A DNA stretch of 64,000 nucleotides from Pseudomonadota bacterium (GCA_038142205.1 JAYQJO010000001.1:1205415-1269414); one strand, 5' to 3'. Counted from the stretch's first letter, positions 39,065 through 50,928 are shown. The notes: generated from the letters alone by a model not told the origin. A program made the numbers and translations.

Positions 39065-40011
39065 TTACATTCTTACTATGTCGTTATTATTAGTAAACCA
39101 TTCATAATATTTTTCCAATCCTTCGCGAAGTTTAAATTTGGCTGTCCACCCAATCTTTGTAAGTTTGCTAACATCTAGTACTTTTCTAGGCATACCGTCA
39201 GGTTTAGTGTTATCAAAAACTAATTCACCTTGATAACCAATACATTCTTTTACTCTGTAAGCAAAATCTTTTATTGAAATATCCGTCCCAGTGCCAATAT
39301 TTATATGAGAATCATCTGAATAATGTTTCATTAAAAATACTAAAGCATCCGCCAAATCATCCACATATAGGAATTCACGTTTAGGTTTCCCCGAACCCCA
39401 CACAATACATTCTTTTTCATCATTAATTTTTGCATTATGAAATCGTGATAATAATGCCGCTGGCACATGCGAATTTTCAGGATGAAAATTATCACCGGGC
39501 CCAAATAAGTTTGTCGGCATTGCGGAAATGAAATCGACACCATATTGCCGTCTATATGATTGACATAGCTTAATACCTGCTATTTTGGCTATGGCATACC
39601 ATTCGTTAGTAGGTTCAAGTTCGCCTGTTAGTAATGCATCCTCCGTGACAGGTTGTGTCGCATTTCTTGGATAGATACAAGAAGCTCCTAAAAACAACAG
39701 CTTTTCTACATCATTAATAATGCATTATGTATAAGATTAGTTTCGATCATCAAATTGTCATAAAGAAACTCAGCGGGATAATGACTATTCGCATATATTC
39801 CGCCTACCTTTGCAGCAGCGATAATTACCACATCTGGTTTATTTTTCTTTAACCATTTTGATACAGAATGACCATCTCTTAAATCCAGTTTATCTTTAGT
39901 TACAGTTAGAATTTCACAATCTTCACTATTTAATCTGTTAATAATTGCACTTCCCACCATTCCATTATGACCTGCAATCCATACGCGCTTGTTTTTTAAT
40001 TCATAAATCAT
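39065..40011 (-). CDS. fcl: GDP-L-fucose synthase (Fcl; GDP-4-keto-6-deoxy-D-mannose 3,5-epimerase-4-reductase), frameshifted at ~39714-39719
   Basis: ORFs 39706..40011 ([24 protein letters not shown]) and 39065..39697 ([55 protein letters not shown]) are colinear with Fcl. Confidence 0.8.
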
Positions 40012-40039
40012 CCAATCACCAACTGATTCTTAACAATTA

Positions 40040-42061
40040 TTAACCTGCAATGTTACCACCAGTTCCTAACTGTTGGTTATGAATTAATTTTATTTCATCC
40101 CGTAACTTCGCGGCAGCTTCGAAATCCAGATCTCGTGCGTGTTGATACATTTGTTCTTCCAGTTTTTTGATTTTTTTCATCATCATTTCAGGTGACATTG
40201 CATCATACTTGGCACTATCTTCAGCTACTTTTTTATAGGCATTACTGATTGTTTGCCTATCAGTGTATGCGCCTTCCATAATATCCGTTATGGCTTTTTT
40301 TATACCTTTTGGAACGATACCATTTTCCTTATTAAAGCTAATCTGTTTCTCACGTCGCCGTACTGTTTCATTAATCGCATACTTCATTGAATCTGTTATT
40401 TTGTCAGCATATAAAATGGCTTTGCCATTTAGATTTCTTGCGCCACGACCTATGGTTTGAATTAATGTCGTTCCCGATCTTAGGAAACCTTCTTTATCTG
40501 CATCTAATATCGCGACAAGAGAGACCTCAGGCATATCCAGACCTTCTCTAAGCAGGTTAATACCGACCAGTACATCAAACTCACCTTTGCGAAGGTCGCG
40601 AATGATTTCGACACGTTCAACTGTGTCAATATCTGAGTGTAAATAACGTATTCGCACGCCATGTTCAGAAAGGTATTCAGTTAAGTCTTCTGACATACGT
40701 TTTGTTAGCGTTGTGATCAGAACTCTTTCATCAATAGCCACGCGTTTATTAATCTCTGATAAAACATCATCGACTTGTGTTGTTACCGGGCGCACTTCAA
40801 TTTCAGGATCCAGTAGACCTGTAGGGCGAACTACTTGCTCCACTACTTGATCAGCATGTTCACCTTCGTATTTACCCGGTGTTGCTGAAGTGAAAATCAT
40901 TTGTGGCGCGAGTTTTTCGAACTCTTCAAACCGTAAAGGGCGATTATCCAGTGCAGAAGGTAATCTGAAACCATATTCGACTAGGTTCTCTTTGCGTGCG
41001 CGATCACCTCGATACATCGCGCCTAACTGAGGAATAGTCACATGGCTTTCATCGACAACCAATAGGGCATCATCAGGCAGGTAATCAAACAATGTCGGTG
41101 GTGGTTCACCGGCTTCGCGACCGGATAGATAACGAGAATAGTTTTCGATGCCAGAGCAATAACCTATCTCATTGATCATTTCGATATCAAAGCGCGTTCG
41201 TTGCTCCAGTCGTTGCGCTTCGACTAATTTATTCAGAGACTCCAGTTGTTCCAGCCTCTCTTTCAATTCAACTTTAATCTTTTCCACAGCATCAATCAGA
41301 ATTTGTCGTTCTGTTACATAATGCGTTTTCGGATGTATTGTGATTCGAGGAAGTTTTCGTAAAACTTCACCGGTTAAAGGATCAAACTGGCTTATCGATT
41401 CAATCTCATCATCAAATAGTTCGACACGAACGGCTTCTCGATCAGATTCAGCAGGAAAAATATCAACCACTTCGCCTCTAACTCGAAATGTACCTCGGTG
41501 CAGTTCCACATCATTGCGCGCATATTGAATTTCAGCTAAGCGTCGCAACAGTTTTCTTTGGTCAATTAAATCACCACGACTTAGGTGTAGCACCATTTTT
41601 AAATATCTATCCGGATCACCTAAGCCATAAATAGCAGAAACTGTCGCAACAATAATAGTATCCCTACGCTCTAAAATAGCCTTTGTTGCAGACAAACGCA
41701 TTTGTTCAATATGTTCATTTACAGACGCATCTTTTTCGATGTAGGTATCGGAACTCGGGACATAGGCTTCAGGCTGATAATAATCATAATAAGAGACAAA
41801 GTATTCAACAGCATTATTTGGAAAAAACTCACGCATTTCACCATAGAGTTGGGCGGCTAGCGTCTTATTTGGAGCCAAAATCATTGTTGGGCGCTGTTGC
41901 TCTTGAATGACATTGGCCATGGTAAATGTCTTACCCGACCCCGTCACACCCAGCAGCGTTTGATAGGCCAGACCATCACCTAAACCTTCAATGAGGCTTT
42001 TAATTGCGACAGGCTGGTCGCCTGCAGGAACGTAGTTCGAAATTAGTGCAAATTCTTTCAT
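40040..42061 (-). CDS. uvrB: Excinuclease ABC subunit B
   Basis: 673 aa with GVTGSGKT Walker A, helicase motifs and C-terminal UVR domain. Confidence 0.9.
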   Translation of the reverse strand: MKEFALISNYVPAGDQPVAIKSLIEGLGDGLAYQTLLGVTGSGKTFTMANVIQEQQRPTMILAPNKTLAAQLYGEMREFFPNNAVEYFVSYYDYYQPEAYVPSSDTYIEKDASVNEHIEQMRLSATKAILERRDTIIVATVSAIYGLGDPDRYLKMVLHLSRGDLIDQRKLLRRLAEIQYARNDVELHRGTFRVRGEVVDIFPAESDREAVRVELFDDEIESISQFDPLTGEVLRKLPRITIHPKTHYVTERQILIDAVEKIKVELKERLEQLESLNKLVEAQRLEQRTRFDIEMINEIGYCSGIENYSRYLSGREAGEPPPTLFDYLPDDALLVVDESHVTIPQLGAMYRGDRARKENLVEYGFRLPSALDNRPLRFEEFEKLAPQMIFTSATPGKYEGEHADQVVEQVVRPTGLLDPEIEVRPVTTQVDDVLSEINKRVAIDERVLITTLTKRMSEDLTEYLSEHGVRIRYLHSDIDTVERVEIIRDLRKGEFDVLVGINLLREGLDMPEVSLVAILDADKEGFLRSGTTLIQTIGRGARNLNGKAILYADKITDSMKYAINETVRRREKQISFNKENGIVPKGIKKAITDIMEGAYTDRQTISNAYKKVAEDSAKYDAMSPEMMMKKIKKLEEQMYQHARDLDFEAAAKLRDEIKLIHNQQLGTGGNIAG

Positions 42062-42135
42062 TTCTCTATTTAGTCTATTGAGTCTTTCGAGTATATTACA
42101 TCGCTTTTATAACAAGCTATTTTAAATCGAAGACA

Positions 42136-43326
42136 ATGTCAGACATATCATTATCACAACGAACACAAAGCATAAAACCCTCCCCTACATTAGCAGTAAC
42201 CGCGCGTGCCGCTGAATTACGTGCTGAAGGGAAAGATATCATTGGCCTTGGTGCTGGAGAGCCAGATTTTGATACGCCGGAACATATAAAAGCAGCAGCA
42301 ATCGAATCACTAAATAAAGGTCAGACCAAATATACTGCGGTCGATGGTACCGTTGAATTAAAAAATGCCATTATTGATAAATTCAAACGTGAAAACAATC
42401 TTGAATATAACAGTAACCAAGTATTGGTTTCATGTGGCGCAAAACACAGTCTTTATAACTTGTTTCAAGCAATTTTAAATCCTGGCGATGAAATTATTAT
42501 TCCAGCACCATATTGGGTATCTTATCCTGATATGGCTAAGCTCGCTGGAGCAGAGCCGGTTATCATCAAAACCAACATTGATGATCATTTTAAAATCACA
42601 CCAAACAAATTACGTGGTGCAATTACTGATAAAACGAGACTGCTTGTTTTTAACAGCCCTTCTAATCCCACTGGTGTGAGTTACAATAAAGAAGAGTTAG
42701 TGGAACTAGGTAAGGTATTGGTTGAGTTTCCTGACGTACTTATTGTCACTGATGATATTTACGAACATATTCTATGGGGACAAGATAAGTTTATTAATAT
42801 TGTTAATGCCTGCCCTGAACTTTATGACCGAACAATTGTTGTTAATGGTGTCTCTAAAGCCTATTCGATGACAGGCTGGCGTATTGGTTATGTTGGCGGC
42901 CCAGAATCAATCGTTAAAGGCATGAAAAAAATTCAGTCTCAAAGCACATCAAATGCAAGTTCCATGGCTCAGGCTGCAGCTATAGCCGCTTTAAATGGCC
43001 CCCAAACCTATATTGAAGAAAGCACAGGTGTTTTTAAGGAAAGGCATGATTTTGTTTTAACATCGCTGCAACAAATTGACGGCATTAACTGTATACCTTC
43101 TGAAGGAACGTTCTATATCTTTCCTGATATGAATGGATTGATAGAAAGGCTCGATGGTATTTCTAACGATATTGAGTTGGCAGAGTTCTTTTTGGAAAAA
43201 GCAGAAGTGGCGATGGTTCCTGGGTCCGCATTTGGCGCGCCAGGCTGCATGAGAATTTCTTTTGCAACGAGTATGGAAAACCTTGAAAAGAGCATAGAAA
43301 GAATAAAGAAGTCATTGAATGCTTAA
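42136..43326 (+). CDS. Aspartate/aromatic aminotransferase (class I PLP-dependent aminotransferase)
   Basis: 396 aa with SKAYSMTGWRIGY lysine-PLP region and NPTG motif. Confidence 0.8.
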   Translation: MSDISLSQRTQSIKPSPTLAVTARAAELRAEGKDIIGLGAGEPDFDTPEHIKAAAIESLNKGQTKYTAVDGTVELKNAIIDKFKRENNLEYNSNQVLVSCGAKHSLYNLFQAILNPGDEIIIPAPYWVSYPDMAKLAGAEPVIIKTNIDDHFKITPNKLRGAITDKTRLLVFNSPSNPTGVSYNKEELVELGKVLVEFPDVLIVTDDIYEHILWGQDKFINIVNACPELYDRTIVVNGVSKAYSMTGWRIGYVGGPESIVKGMKKIQSQSTSNASSMAQAAAIAALNGPQTYIEESTGVFKERHDFVLTSLQQIDGINCIPSEGTFYIFPDMNGLIERLDGISNDIELAEFFLEKAEVAMVPGSAFGAPGCMRISFATSMENLEKSIERIKKSLNA

Positions 43327-43377
43327 TGATGGTTGACCATACTTATCACCATCAGTAGACTACACACCCTTAGATAT

Positions 43378-43453
43378 TCCCCGGTAGCTCAGTCGGTAGA
43401 GCGGGTGACTGTTAATCACTAGGTCGGCAGTTCGAGCCTGTCCCGGGGAGCCA
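43378..43453 (+). tRNA. tRNA-Asn (anticodon GTT)
   Basis: Manually folded cloverleaf: acceptor TCCCCGG/CCGGGGA, D-arm GCTC-AGTCGGTA-GAGC, anticodon loop CTGTTAA, T-arm GGCAG-TTCGAGC-CTGTC, discriminator G, encoded CCA. Confidence 0.85.
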
Positions 43454-43460
43454 TATAATA

Positions 43461-43490
43461 GCCTTAAAGTAATAACTTTAAGGCTTTTTT
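43461..43490 (+). terminator. Rho-independent terminator after aspC/tRNA-Asn
   Basis: gccttaaag-taataa-ctttaaggc followed by T6. Confidence 0.7.
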
Positions 43491-43788
43491 ATTTCGTTGA
43501 GAAATATATAACTATTAAGTTAGTTATCTCTCTGAATCCTATATAACCTGTATTACTATAATCTTTCTAAAACTCTTTTCTAAACCCATTTCGAAACTGT
43601 TAAATATAAAAACAGCATTTAGCCATGCAACAACAAGAGCAAAATATTAGTCTTGAAAAACGAGTAAAAAGTTTAGCTAATTATCTATAGAAATTTAATT
43701 TATTATTCTGTTTTATAACTCTCAAAGAATTTAACAAGCTCAACCATTGCCTCAGTATCAAATTTACAATACCGCTTTAATTGGCTTT

Positions 43789-45186
43789 CTAGTTCTTTTT
43801 TCTATCAGAATCAGTTTCACTTTTAATTGCTTCAATAAAACCTTCTGATGCTGCGGAACCTTCTTTTATTCCGTCTAACTTTGCGTAATCAAACTCTGTG
43901 TTAATCGTTGGCATGACTTTTTTTATAGACCAGGAACCTAGCATATCAGGGTGGTAATAGGAGTTCTTAACTATTGGTAATAAATCTACCAATCTATCAA
44001 TAATAGCGTCCAAAGAAGCTTTCTTATCCGGAAAAATATCTATGAGCGCCTGTATCATTTTTTTCTCATAGTCCGAATACATAAACACAGGACCTTTATC
44101 ACCTAAGTCTGATATTAATTGGTCTGCCAGTTTCTCTAACGGAGGCATATCTTCTAATTCTAGAAACTCAACATGATCAAGCGAATCATAATCGCTGTTA
44201 TGTTGAATATGACATGAATACTGTATTGGCACTGCTAGATAGGGTCGAAACCCAAGCCAAATTGGTATAGCCGGGTTGATAGATTCAAAATCTAAATAAT
44301 ATCTGGGGTATGGCAGGCTATTCAATTCATTCTTAGCCTGTGCATTAACCTCTGGCTTTTCCAATAGTGTAGTCGCATGAATGCGGTGATGCGTCTCACT
44401 AGTAATGTCATCAGACGCCACATCACGAATGTCCTTGATGCCTGCATTGGCCCATTCGGCAAGTTTTTTCTTATCGCCGCCTAAACCTGTTAATGGATAT
44501 TTCGTATCACTCGGCCAACATTGTTTTGTAAATCGGCAATCATAAGGACTTGAACAATGAGAACCGACACTAACATCTAACTTTGTCTCAGCTGAGTACT
44601 TTGAGTCAAATACCATTTTTCCGACTGAGGGTCGTAATTCTTTGGCACGTTCCGTTAAGTCTACCTCTTGCAAAAAGCCTTCATAGCAACCTTCTTTTTC
44701 ATATACAAACTGATTATTAATATGAGCTAAAAAAACACCAGTTAATTCAACGCCACATCTAGACATAACCCAGTATTGAATTGCACATTCTAATTCATGA
44801 TGAAATTCCTTACTGGTTGTTGCTTTTACTTCAATTAATTTATAACCCTCTTTATATGGCTGCAAAATATCAGCGCGGACTAGTATGCCTTCGAACTCAA
44901 AAGCTGCATCATAAATAACTTCATCGTTATTATCTTCTATAATTTCTTTTGTCTCTTCTATAGCATCCTCTAATCCATTGTCATATCCTACTTCTATATT
45001 AATATCACTTTTATAAAGTTCTTTCGCAATATCACCAACCGCACGCCCTGACGCAAATAAAGATTCGACTTGGGGATCATAATCGGCTAATTCGGGCTCG
45101 TTAATTTCAAAATAGAGCATTTTTGGGCATTGCCATACAGAAATCAGGTTAGATTTCGAGAGATACGGATCTTCTTCAGTTGACAT
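43789..45186 (-). CDS. DUF2779-family protein (Cas4/RecB-like PD-(D/E)XK nuclease fold with Fe-S cysteine cluster)
   Basis: 465 aa with an N-terminal Cys (WQCP) plus a C-x5-C-x5-C cluster (HCSSPYDCRFTKQC), the Cas4-like arrangement. I do not recognise any characterised enzyme family. Confidence 0.55.
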   Translation of the reverse strand: MSTEEDPYLSKSNLISVWQCPKMLYFEINEPELADYDPQVESLFASGRAVGDIAKELYKSDINIEVGYDNGLEDAIEETKEIIEDNNDEVIYDAAFEFEGILVRADILQPYKEGYKLIEVKATTSKEFHHELECAIQYWVMSRCGVELTGVFLAHINNQFVYEKEGCYEGFLQEVDLTERAKELRPSVGKMVFDSKYSAETKLDVSVGSHCSSPYDCRFTKQCWPSDTKYPLTGLGGDKKKLAEWANAGIKDIRDVASDDITSETHHRIHATTLLEKPEVNAQAKNELNSLPYPRYYLDFESINPAIPIWLGFRPYLAVPIQYSCHIQHNSDYDSLDHVEFLELEDMPPLEKLADQLISDLGDKGPVFMYSDYEKKMIQALIDIFPDKKASLDAIIDRLVDLLPIVKNSYYHPDMLGSWSIKKVMPTINTEFDYAKLDGIKEGSAASEGFIEAIKSETDSDRKKN

Positions 45187-45559
45187 AATAATTATGAGTA
45201 AATTGCTTTACATTTATTTAGATAATTTAAAACGTTCATTAACATAGCTACCTTTCCATTAATTGAAAGCTTACGCGTTGAGTTTACACTACACATAAAA
45301 AAAAATTCTACATTTTATATCCCCTTACTAAATCCTATTCCAGCAACTACAGGGAAACGTATAGTAATCCGTATTTTTTATTTGGCTTCTTAAAACAAGA
45401 CTAGGCTTACCTTGACACCGAACAAGTGGTTGATAGTCATGACTCATGAAAAACGCTTCAGAATAAAATAAAGTTAGCTGCTGATATTAGCTATTCAAAG
45501 CAGAAAAAATACCCAAAAAACACTATAAACTACTGATTATAAAAGCATTAAATACCAGC

Positions 45560-45598
45560 AAATCATTAGTTTGTAGTTCGAACCTGTGCTGGGGAAGC
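45560..45598 (+). repeat. Degenerate direct repeat of the 3' half of tRNA-Asn (anticodon loop through acceptor end): candidate attR-like scar
   Basis: aatcattagtttgtagttcgaacctgtgctggggaagca versus tRNA 43414..43453 aatcactaggtcggcagttcgagcctgtcccggggagcca, about 75-80% identity over ~40 nt. Confidence 0.5.
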
Positions 45599-45651
45599 AT
45601 ATACAACGCTCATGTACTCTGTACGGGCGACATACATGACATTCTCATAAA

Positions 45652-45684
45652 CAAAAAAAGGGTTTCACAATGAAACCCTTTTTT
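45652..45684 (-). terminator. Bidirectional rho-independent terminator downstream of galU
   Basis: A7-gggtttca-caa-tgaaaccc-T6. Confidence 0.7.
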
Positions 45685-45705
45685 ATTTATCTTGTTTAAC
45701 TGTAT

Positions 45706-46587
45706 CTACTTTACTGTTTCGAGATAAGTTTTAAACGCTTCTTTTATATCTGGATCTTTTAATGCATATTCAACTGAAGCCTGCATATAACCTAGTTTCG
45801 AACCACAGTCATATCTTTTTCCTTCAAATTCATAAGCAAAAACAGATTCTTTTTTTAATAATAAACTTATTGCATCGGTAAGCTGTATTTCATTACCCGC
45901 ACCCTTTGGTGTTTCTTCTAAGCAAGAAAATATTTCGGGACTCAACACATATCTTCCTACGACACCTAAAGTAGAGGGTGCTTTTTTCGGCTCAGGCTTT
46001 TCAACAATACTATTTATGTTAAATAACGACGCATCATCTGTTGATGATGTTTCAACAATGCCGTATTTAGAGGTATCTTCTTTGGGTACATTTTCAACAG
46101 CAATAACACTTTTTATTTGTTGTTGATATTTTTCAACCATCTGTTTGGTAACACCCCGCCCACCATCATCAATTAAATCATCAGGTAAAATGACAGCAAA
46201 TGGTGAATTACCTACAACAGGTTTTGCACATAAAACAGCATGACCCAGTCCTAATGGTTCAGCTTGACGTATGTATATACAAGTAACATTACCAGGAATT
46301 ATCTCTCTAACAATTTGAAGTTTTTCTGTTTTTCTTTTTTTCTCTAACTCTGTCTCAAGCTCATAAGCTTTATCAAAGTGATCTGTAATCGAGCGCTTTG
46401 TTCTACCTGTGATAAAGATGAGTTCTGTCATTCCTGCAGCAATCGCTTCTTCAGCAGCATACTGAATAAGGGGTTTATCAACTATAGGAAGCATTTCTTT
46501 TGGATTTGCTTTTGTAGCGGGCAAAAAACGGGTACCCATGCCTGCTACAGGGAAAACTGCTTTAGTTATTTTTTTCATACGTTTCAT
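45706..46587 (-). CDS. galU: UTP--glucose-1-phosphate uridylyltransferase
   Basis: 293 aa with [34 protein letters not shown] signature. Confidence 0.9.
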   Translation of the reverse strand: MKRMKKITKAVFPVAGMGTRFLPATKANPKEMLPIVDKPLIQYAAEEAIAAGMTELIFITGRTKRSITDHFDKAYELETELEKKRKTEKLQIVREIIPGNVTCIYIRQAEPLGLGHAVLCAKPVVGNSPFAVILPDDLIDDGGRGVTKQMVEKYQQQIKSVIAVENVPKEDTSKYGIVETSSTDDASLFNINSIVEKPEPKKAPSTLGVVGRYVLSPEIFSCLEETPKGAGNEIQLTDAISLLLKKESVFAYEFEGKRYDCGSKLGYMQASVEYALKDPDIKEAFKTYLETVK

Positions 46588-46690
46588 TTACTGACATGAA
46601 TCACGTTATCGCAATCTGTTTTTAATGATGGTATTAAAATACAAAGAGACTCTTTTAGTTTGTTATCGTCAACTTTATTAATAGAATCTA

Positions 46691-48429
46691 TTATTTCTTA
46701 ACTTTAGCTTCTATTTCTTTCAAATTAATTACAGGGTGTTTTGCGAGTAAAATTTTACTATGCGATGTTTGTTCTCGGCACTCATCATCGTAAAATAATT
46801 CTTCATACATTTTCTCGCCTGGACGCAAGCCGGAATATTCAATATTTATATCGCTATATGGAAGCAAGCCGGAAAGTTTAATCATTTGTTCAGCAAGATA
46901 ATTAATTTTTACCGGCATTCCCATATCTAAAACATAAATTTCACTACCGCTCCCCATAGCATTTGCTTGCAATATTAACTGGCATGCCTCAGGTATAGTC
47001 ATGAAATAACGTGTTATATCTTTATGAGTAACAGTTACAGGCCCACCTTTTCTTATTTGTTCTTTAAACAATGGTACAACACTACCTTCTGAGTCTAAAA
47101 CATTACCAAAACGTACTGTTATAAAATGCGTACTACTGCTTTCACTAATAATTTCCGTATATATTTCAGCTATACGCTTTGTGGCTCCTAAAATATTAGT
47201 TGGTTTAACTGCTTTATCAGTAGAAATTAAAACAAAACTTTCACAACTGTTTTCGTGAGCCGCTATAGCTATATTCTTTGTTCCTAATATATTATTTCTA
47301 ACAGCTTCACGAGGTTGTCTTTCTAGAATCGGAACATGCTTATATGCCGCCGCATGAAAAATAATATCTGGCTGATACTGTTTAATAGTTTTATCGACTA
47401 AAGTTTTATCGCACAAATCACCCAGTATAAATTCGCATTTTACATTTAATTGTGACAAAGACTGTTCAGTCCGATACAAGTTAAATTCATTTATTTCAAA
47501 TACTATTAATAAAGATGGTTCTAATGAAGCAATTTGTTTACATAGCTCAGAACCAATAGACCCCCTCCTCCAGTTACTAAAATCACTTTATTACTAGTAC
47601 TAGTTTGTATCTCCTGCCAATCTAATTCAACCTTTTCTCTGCCCAATAAATCCTCAATAGATACCTCACGAAGTTTAGAAAGAGCTTCTTGACTTCCAAC
47701 CATATCTTGAATACTTGGTAGTGTTCGAATTGGCAGACCCGTTCCCTCACATATATTCACTATTTTCTGCATTTGAATACTTGTTGCAGATGGAATCGCT
47801 ATTATTATTAGATTTATATCAAATTGCTGTATAAATTCTTGTACATGTTTAATCTCTCCATAAATTTTTATTCCATGAATTTGCGAACCTTTTAGTGAAA
47901 CATTATCATCTAATATAGCTATGGGCATATAACTACCTTCTCTTAAGCTTTCCCTAATTAGTAATTCTGCAGCTCGCCCAGCACCAATTATTAATACACG
48001 TTTATTATCTATCATTGAATTCATAGATAATCTGCGATCTTTCCATAGGCGATAACCTAATCTAGGAGCGCCAAGTAAAAATATTAGAAATACCGGATAT
48101 AAAATTAGTATAGATCTAGGAACACCATCCAATCGATTAATGTAAAATAAAAAGATAGCTATTATTATTGTCCCTACGAAAGAAGCGCGAAATATATTCC
48201 ATAGATCGGGCAAACTCGCAAAACGCCATAACCCGCGATAAAAACCAAATAATTTTGAAATACCGCCCTGAACAAGAATTATTAGCGGGATTGTCCATAG
48301 CATTGGGCTCCAAACATCGATTAACTGATAATCAAAGTTAAATCTTGCCATCCAGGCTAATAACCATGCGAACACGATCATTATTAAATCGTGAATAATT
48401 GCTAAGTGACGGTTATTTATACGGGGCAT
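46691..48429 (-). CDS. Membrane-anchored UDP-sugar 4,6-dehydratase / polysaccharide biosynthesis protein (WbpM/CapD/PglF family), frameshifted at C5 run 47561-47565
   Basis: ORF 47521..48429 gives the N-terminal TM region plus the start of a Rossmann motif (VILVTGGGG). One extra G restores GSIGSELCKQIASLEP... into ORF 46691..47479 (HAAAYKHVP etc.). Confidence 0.8.
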
Positions 48430-48489
48430 AACTTATTTAAAATATATATATTAATTAATCAAAAAACTATATCAAACTTTACCATACGG

Positions 48490-49704
48490 CTATTTTGAAC
48501 ATGCATGCAAAAATACTTTATGCACTGCTTTAGCCACATCCATTAAGTCGTTTTCAGTATTTCCAGGATGTATTAAAAAAGCAAGGCTGGATCTACCCAA
48601 TTTGTTAGCATTATGCAGAGATGAATAATCTTTTAGTTTTAAATTTTCAAATGCCGTTTCACGATATACTTCCGGACAACTACCAATAAAGCAAGGAACT
48701 CCTTCTGCGCATATTGCACCTAGAATTTTTAATTGATCCCAATTCGATTTTAAATAACTTGACTCTATAAAAGCATATAAACGGTAATAGCTATGCTTAA
48801 TATCTTCTGGTGGATTAGGTATAGTTAGAGCGGGGATATTTTGCAGTTCTGAAGTTAAAAGCTCAGCATTACGTCTACGTTGCACCAACCATTGTGGTAA
48901 TTTTTTTAGTTGAATACGTCCTATAGCAGCCTGCATTTCTGTCATTCTATAATTTGAACCAAAAGAATCATGCAGCCATCTAAACCCAATTTTTTCAGCT
49001 GGGCTATGGCACAAAGTATAGTTTTTTCCATGATCTTTATATGACCATGCCCGTTCAAATACTTCTTGATTGTTGGTTAGCAACATTCCACCTTCCCCGC
49101 CAGTAGACATAATCTTGTCTTGGCAAAAAGAGTATGCTGCTACATCTCCAAATGAGCCTACTACTCTATTCTTATAGGTCGCTCCATGAGCTTGTGCACA
49201 ATCTTCAACAATATATAAATTTTTCTGCTTGGCATATTCAGATATTGATGTCATGTCACAAGGCCACCCACCAAGATGTACAACGATTATTCCTTTTGTT
49301 CTTTCAGTTAATACTTCACTAATTGTCTCAACACTAATATTTTGTGAAACAGGTTCTATATCTGCAAAAACAGGTGTAGCACCGCATGCCACTACAGAAC
49401 TTGCAGATGCAAAAAATGTTCGACTTGGCACAATAACTTCATCACCCTTTCCAATTCCTAATGAACGAAGAGCTAACTCAAGCGCTACTGTTCCATTTGC
49501 AACGGCAACAGCATATTCAACGCCTACATGACTTGCATATTCTTTTTCAAATGTTTTGCATTCTGTACCTGTCCAATAATTAACTTTTCCACTGCGTAAT
49601 ACATTCATCGCAGCGTCGACTTCATCTTTTTCGTAGACAGGCCAAGGTGGGTTTTGATTGACCCTTATTTTTTCACCACCATCAATTGCTAATAAATTAC
49701 TCAT
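48490..49704 (-). CDS. DegT/DnrJ/EryC1/StrS-family PLP-dependent sugar aminotransferase
   Basis: 404 aa; DegT-family sugar aminotransferase signature (the PLP-binding Lys region is not pinned to a specific residue). Confidence 0.75.
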   Translation of the reverse strand: MSNLLAIDGGEKIRVNQNPPWPVYEKDEVDAAMNVLRSGKVNYWTGTECKTFEKEYASHVGVEYAVAVANGTVALELALRSLGIGKGDEVIVPSRTFFASASSVVACGATPVFADIEPVSQNISVETISEVLTERTKGIIVVHLGGWPCDMTSISEYAKQKNLYIVEDCAQAHGATYKNRVVGSFGDVAAYSFCQDKIMSTGGEGGMLLTNNQEVFERAWSYKDHGKNYTLCHSPAEKIGFRWLHDSFGSNYRMTEMQAAIGRIQLKKLPQWLVQRRRNAELLTSELQNIPALTIPNPPEDIKHSYYRLYAFIESSYLKSNWDQLKILGAICAEGVPCFIGSCPEVYRETAFENLKLKDYSSLHNANKLGRSSLAFLIHPGNTENDLMDVAKAVHKVFLHACSK

Positions 49705-50350
49705 TATTTTTTACTACACGAGCAGGTGAACCAACAACAATTTTACCAGATGGAACATCATTAATCACGGTAGAGTTAGCGCCAACTACTGAACCCTCTC
49801 CGACTCTCACCCCTGATAAAATAACAGAGCCTGCACCTATAAATACGTTTTTTTCTACAACAACTCCGCCACACAGTGTAGAACTTGGCGCGACATGTAC
49901 ACCACTATGAATTTCACAATCATGCTCGATTACTGCATTAGAATTTATAATCACGTTTTTATTAATTTTAACGTCAGGATTAATTACAGCTGAAGGCATT
50001 ATCATTGAACCACATTCAATATCTACATCACTACTAACATATGCACTTGGGTGCACAACTGTAGTCAATTTAAAATCATTTTTAACAAGCCACTCTGCAA
50101 CTTTCAACCTTACTTGATTATTTCCTATTGCTACAATACCAGCATCCACATTATTACGCTGAGCAATCAACTCTTCTCTCCCACCAATACACTTATAGTT
50201 GAGAACCTTAGTGTTCCTTGTGTTTTCATTATCATCAATTAAAAATGTTAACTCAAACTCGTCAATACTACGTACAGAATCTGCAACGATTTTTGCATGA
50301 CCACCAGCCCCATAAATAAATATCGATAACTTATTCATCTGCTGACTCAT
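49697..50350 (-). CDS. Sugar N-acetyltransferase (left-handed beta-helix hexapeptide repeat; PglD/NeuD family)
   Basis: Rossmann-like N-terminus IFIYGAGGHAK followed by hexapeptide repeats. The start was chosen at an internal Met to avoid overlapping the upstream gene; the track ORF extends to 50380. Confidence 0.65.
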   Translation of the reverse strand: MSQQMNKLSIFIYGAGGHAKIVADSVRSIDEFELTFLIDDNENTRNTKVLNYKCIGGREELIAQRNNVDAGIVAIGNNQVRLKVAEWLVKNDFKLTTVVHPSAYVSSDVDIECGSMIMPSAVINPDVKINKNVIINSNAVIEHDCEIHSGVHVAPSSTLCGGVVVEKNVFIGAGSVILSGVRVGEGSVVGANSTVINDVPSGKIVVGSPARVVKNNE

Positions 50351-50922
50351 TCCCTTTGAATTTTGGCATAGTATTATCACTTGAATTATTCACACCGCTT
50401 CCTTTTACCACATTTAAAACAGTCAATATTAAAATTTTAACATCAAATAAAAGGTTATGATTATTAACATAATACACATCCAATCTTAATCGTTCGCCCC
50501 AAGATGTATCATTTCTTCCATTAACCTGAGCCCAACCCGTTATCCCGGGCTTAACATCATGTCGACGACTTTGTTCTTTATTATATAACTCTAAATACTC
50601 AATCAATAATGGTCTCGGGCCTACAATACTCATTTCTCCTTTGATCACATTATAGAGCTGAGGAAATTCATCAATACTAAATTTACGTATAAATTGACCT
50701 AGTGGAGTCATTCTTTCCATATCAGGTAGTAGCTCACCATTGGCATCTCTGAGATCTTTCATAGTTCTAAACTTATATAATTTAAAAGGCTTTGCATGCT
50801 TCCCTGGTCTTTTTGAACAAACAAGATTGGAGAGCCGAGAGACACTAAGATTAATAAAGCAGCAACAACCAAAACAGGAAAGAGAAGTATCAATAGTGAT
50901 ACAGATAAAACCAGATCAAATA
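50331..50922 (-). CDS. Undecaprenyl-phosphate sugar phosphotransferase (PglC/WbaP C-terminal domain family; initiating transferase), frameshifted at T5 run 50810-50814
   Basis: The track ORF holds the catalytic domain (PRPLLIEYLELYNKEQ, VKPGITGWAQV). The upstream frame encodes the PglC-type N-terminus VKRIFDLVLSVSLLILLFPVLVVAALLILVSLGSPILFVQK from a GTG start. Confidence 0.75.
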
Positions 50923-50928
50923 TTCTTT

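Noticed and set aside
43454-45700. A complete integrative element with an integrase at tRNA-Asn
   Set aside because: No integrase, excisionase or transposase-like ORF exists in the interval. Only the degenerate att-like repeat and a nuclease gene remain, so it is reported as a remnant rather than an intact mobile element.
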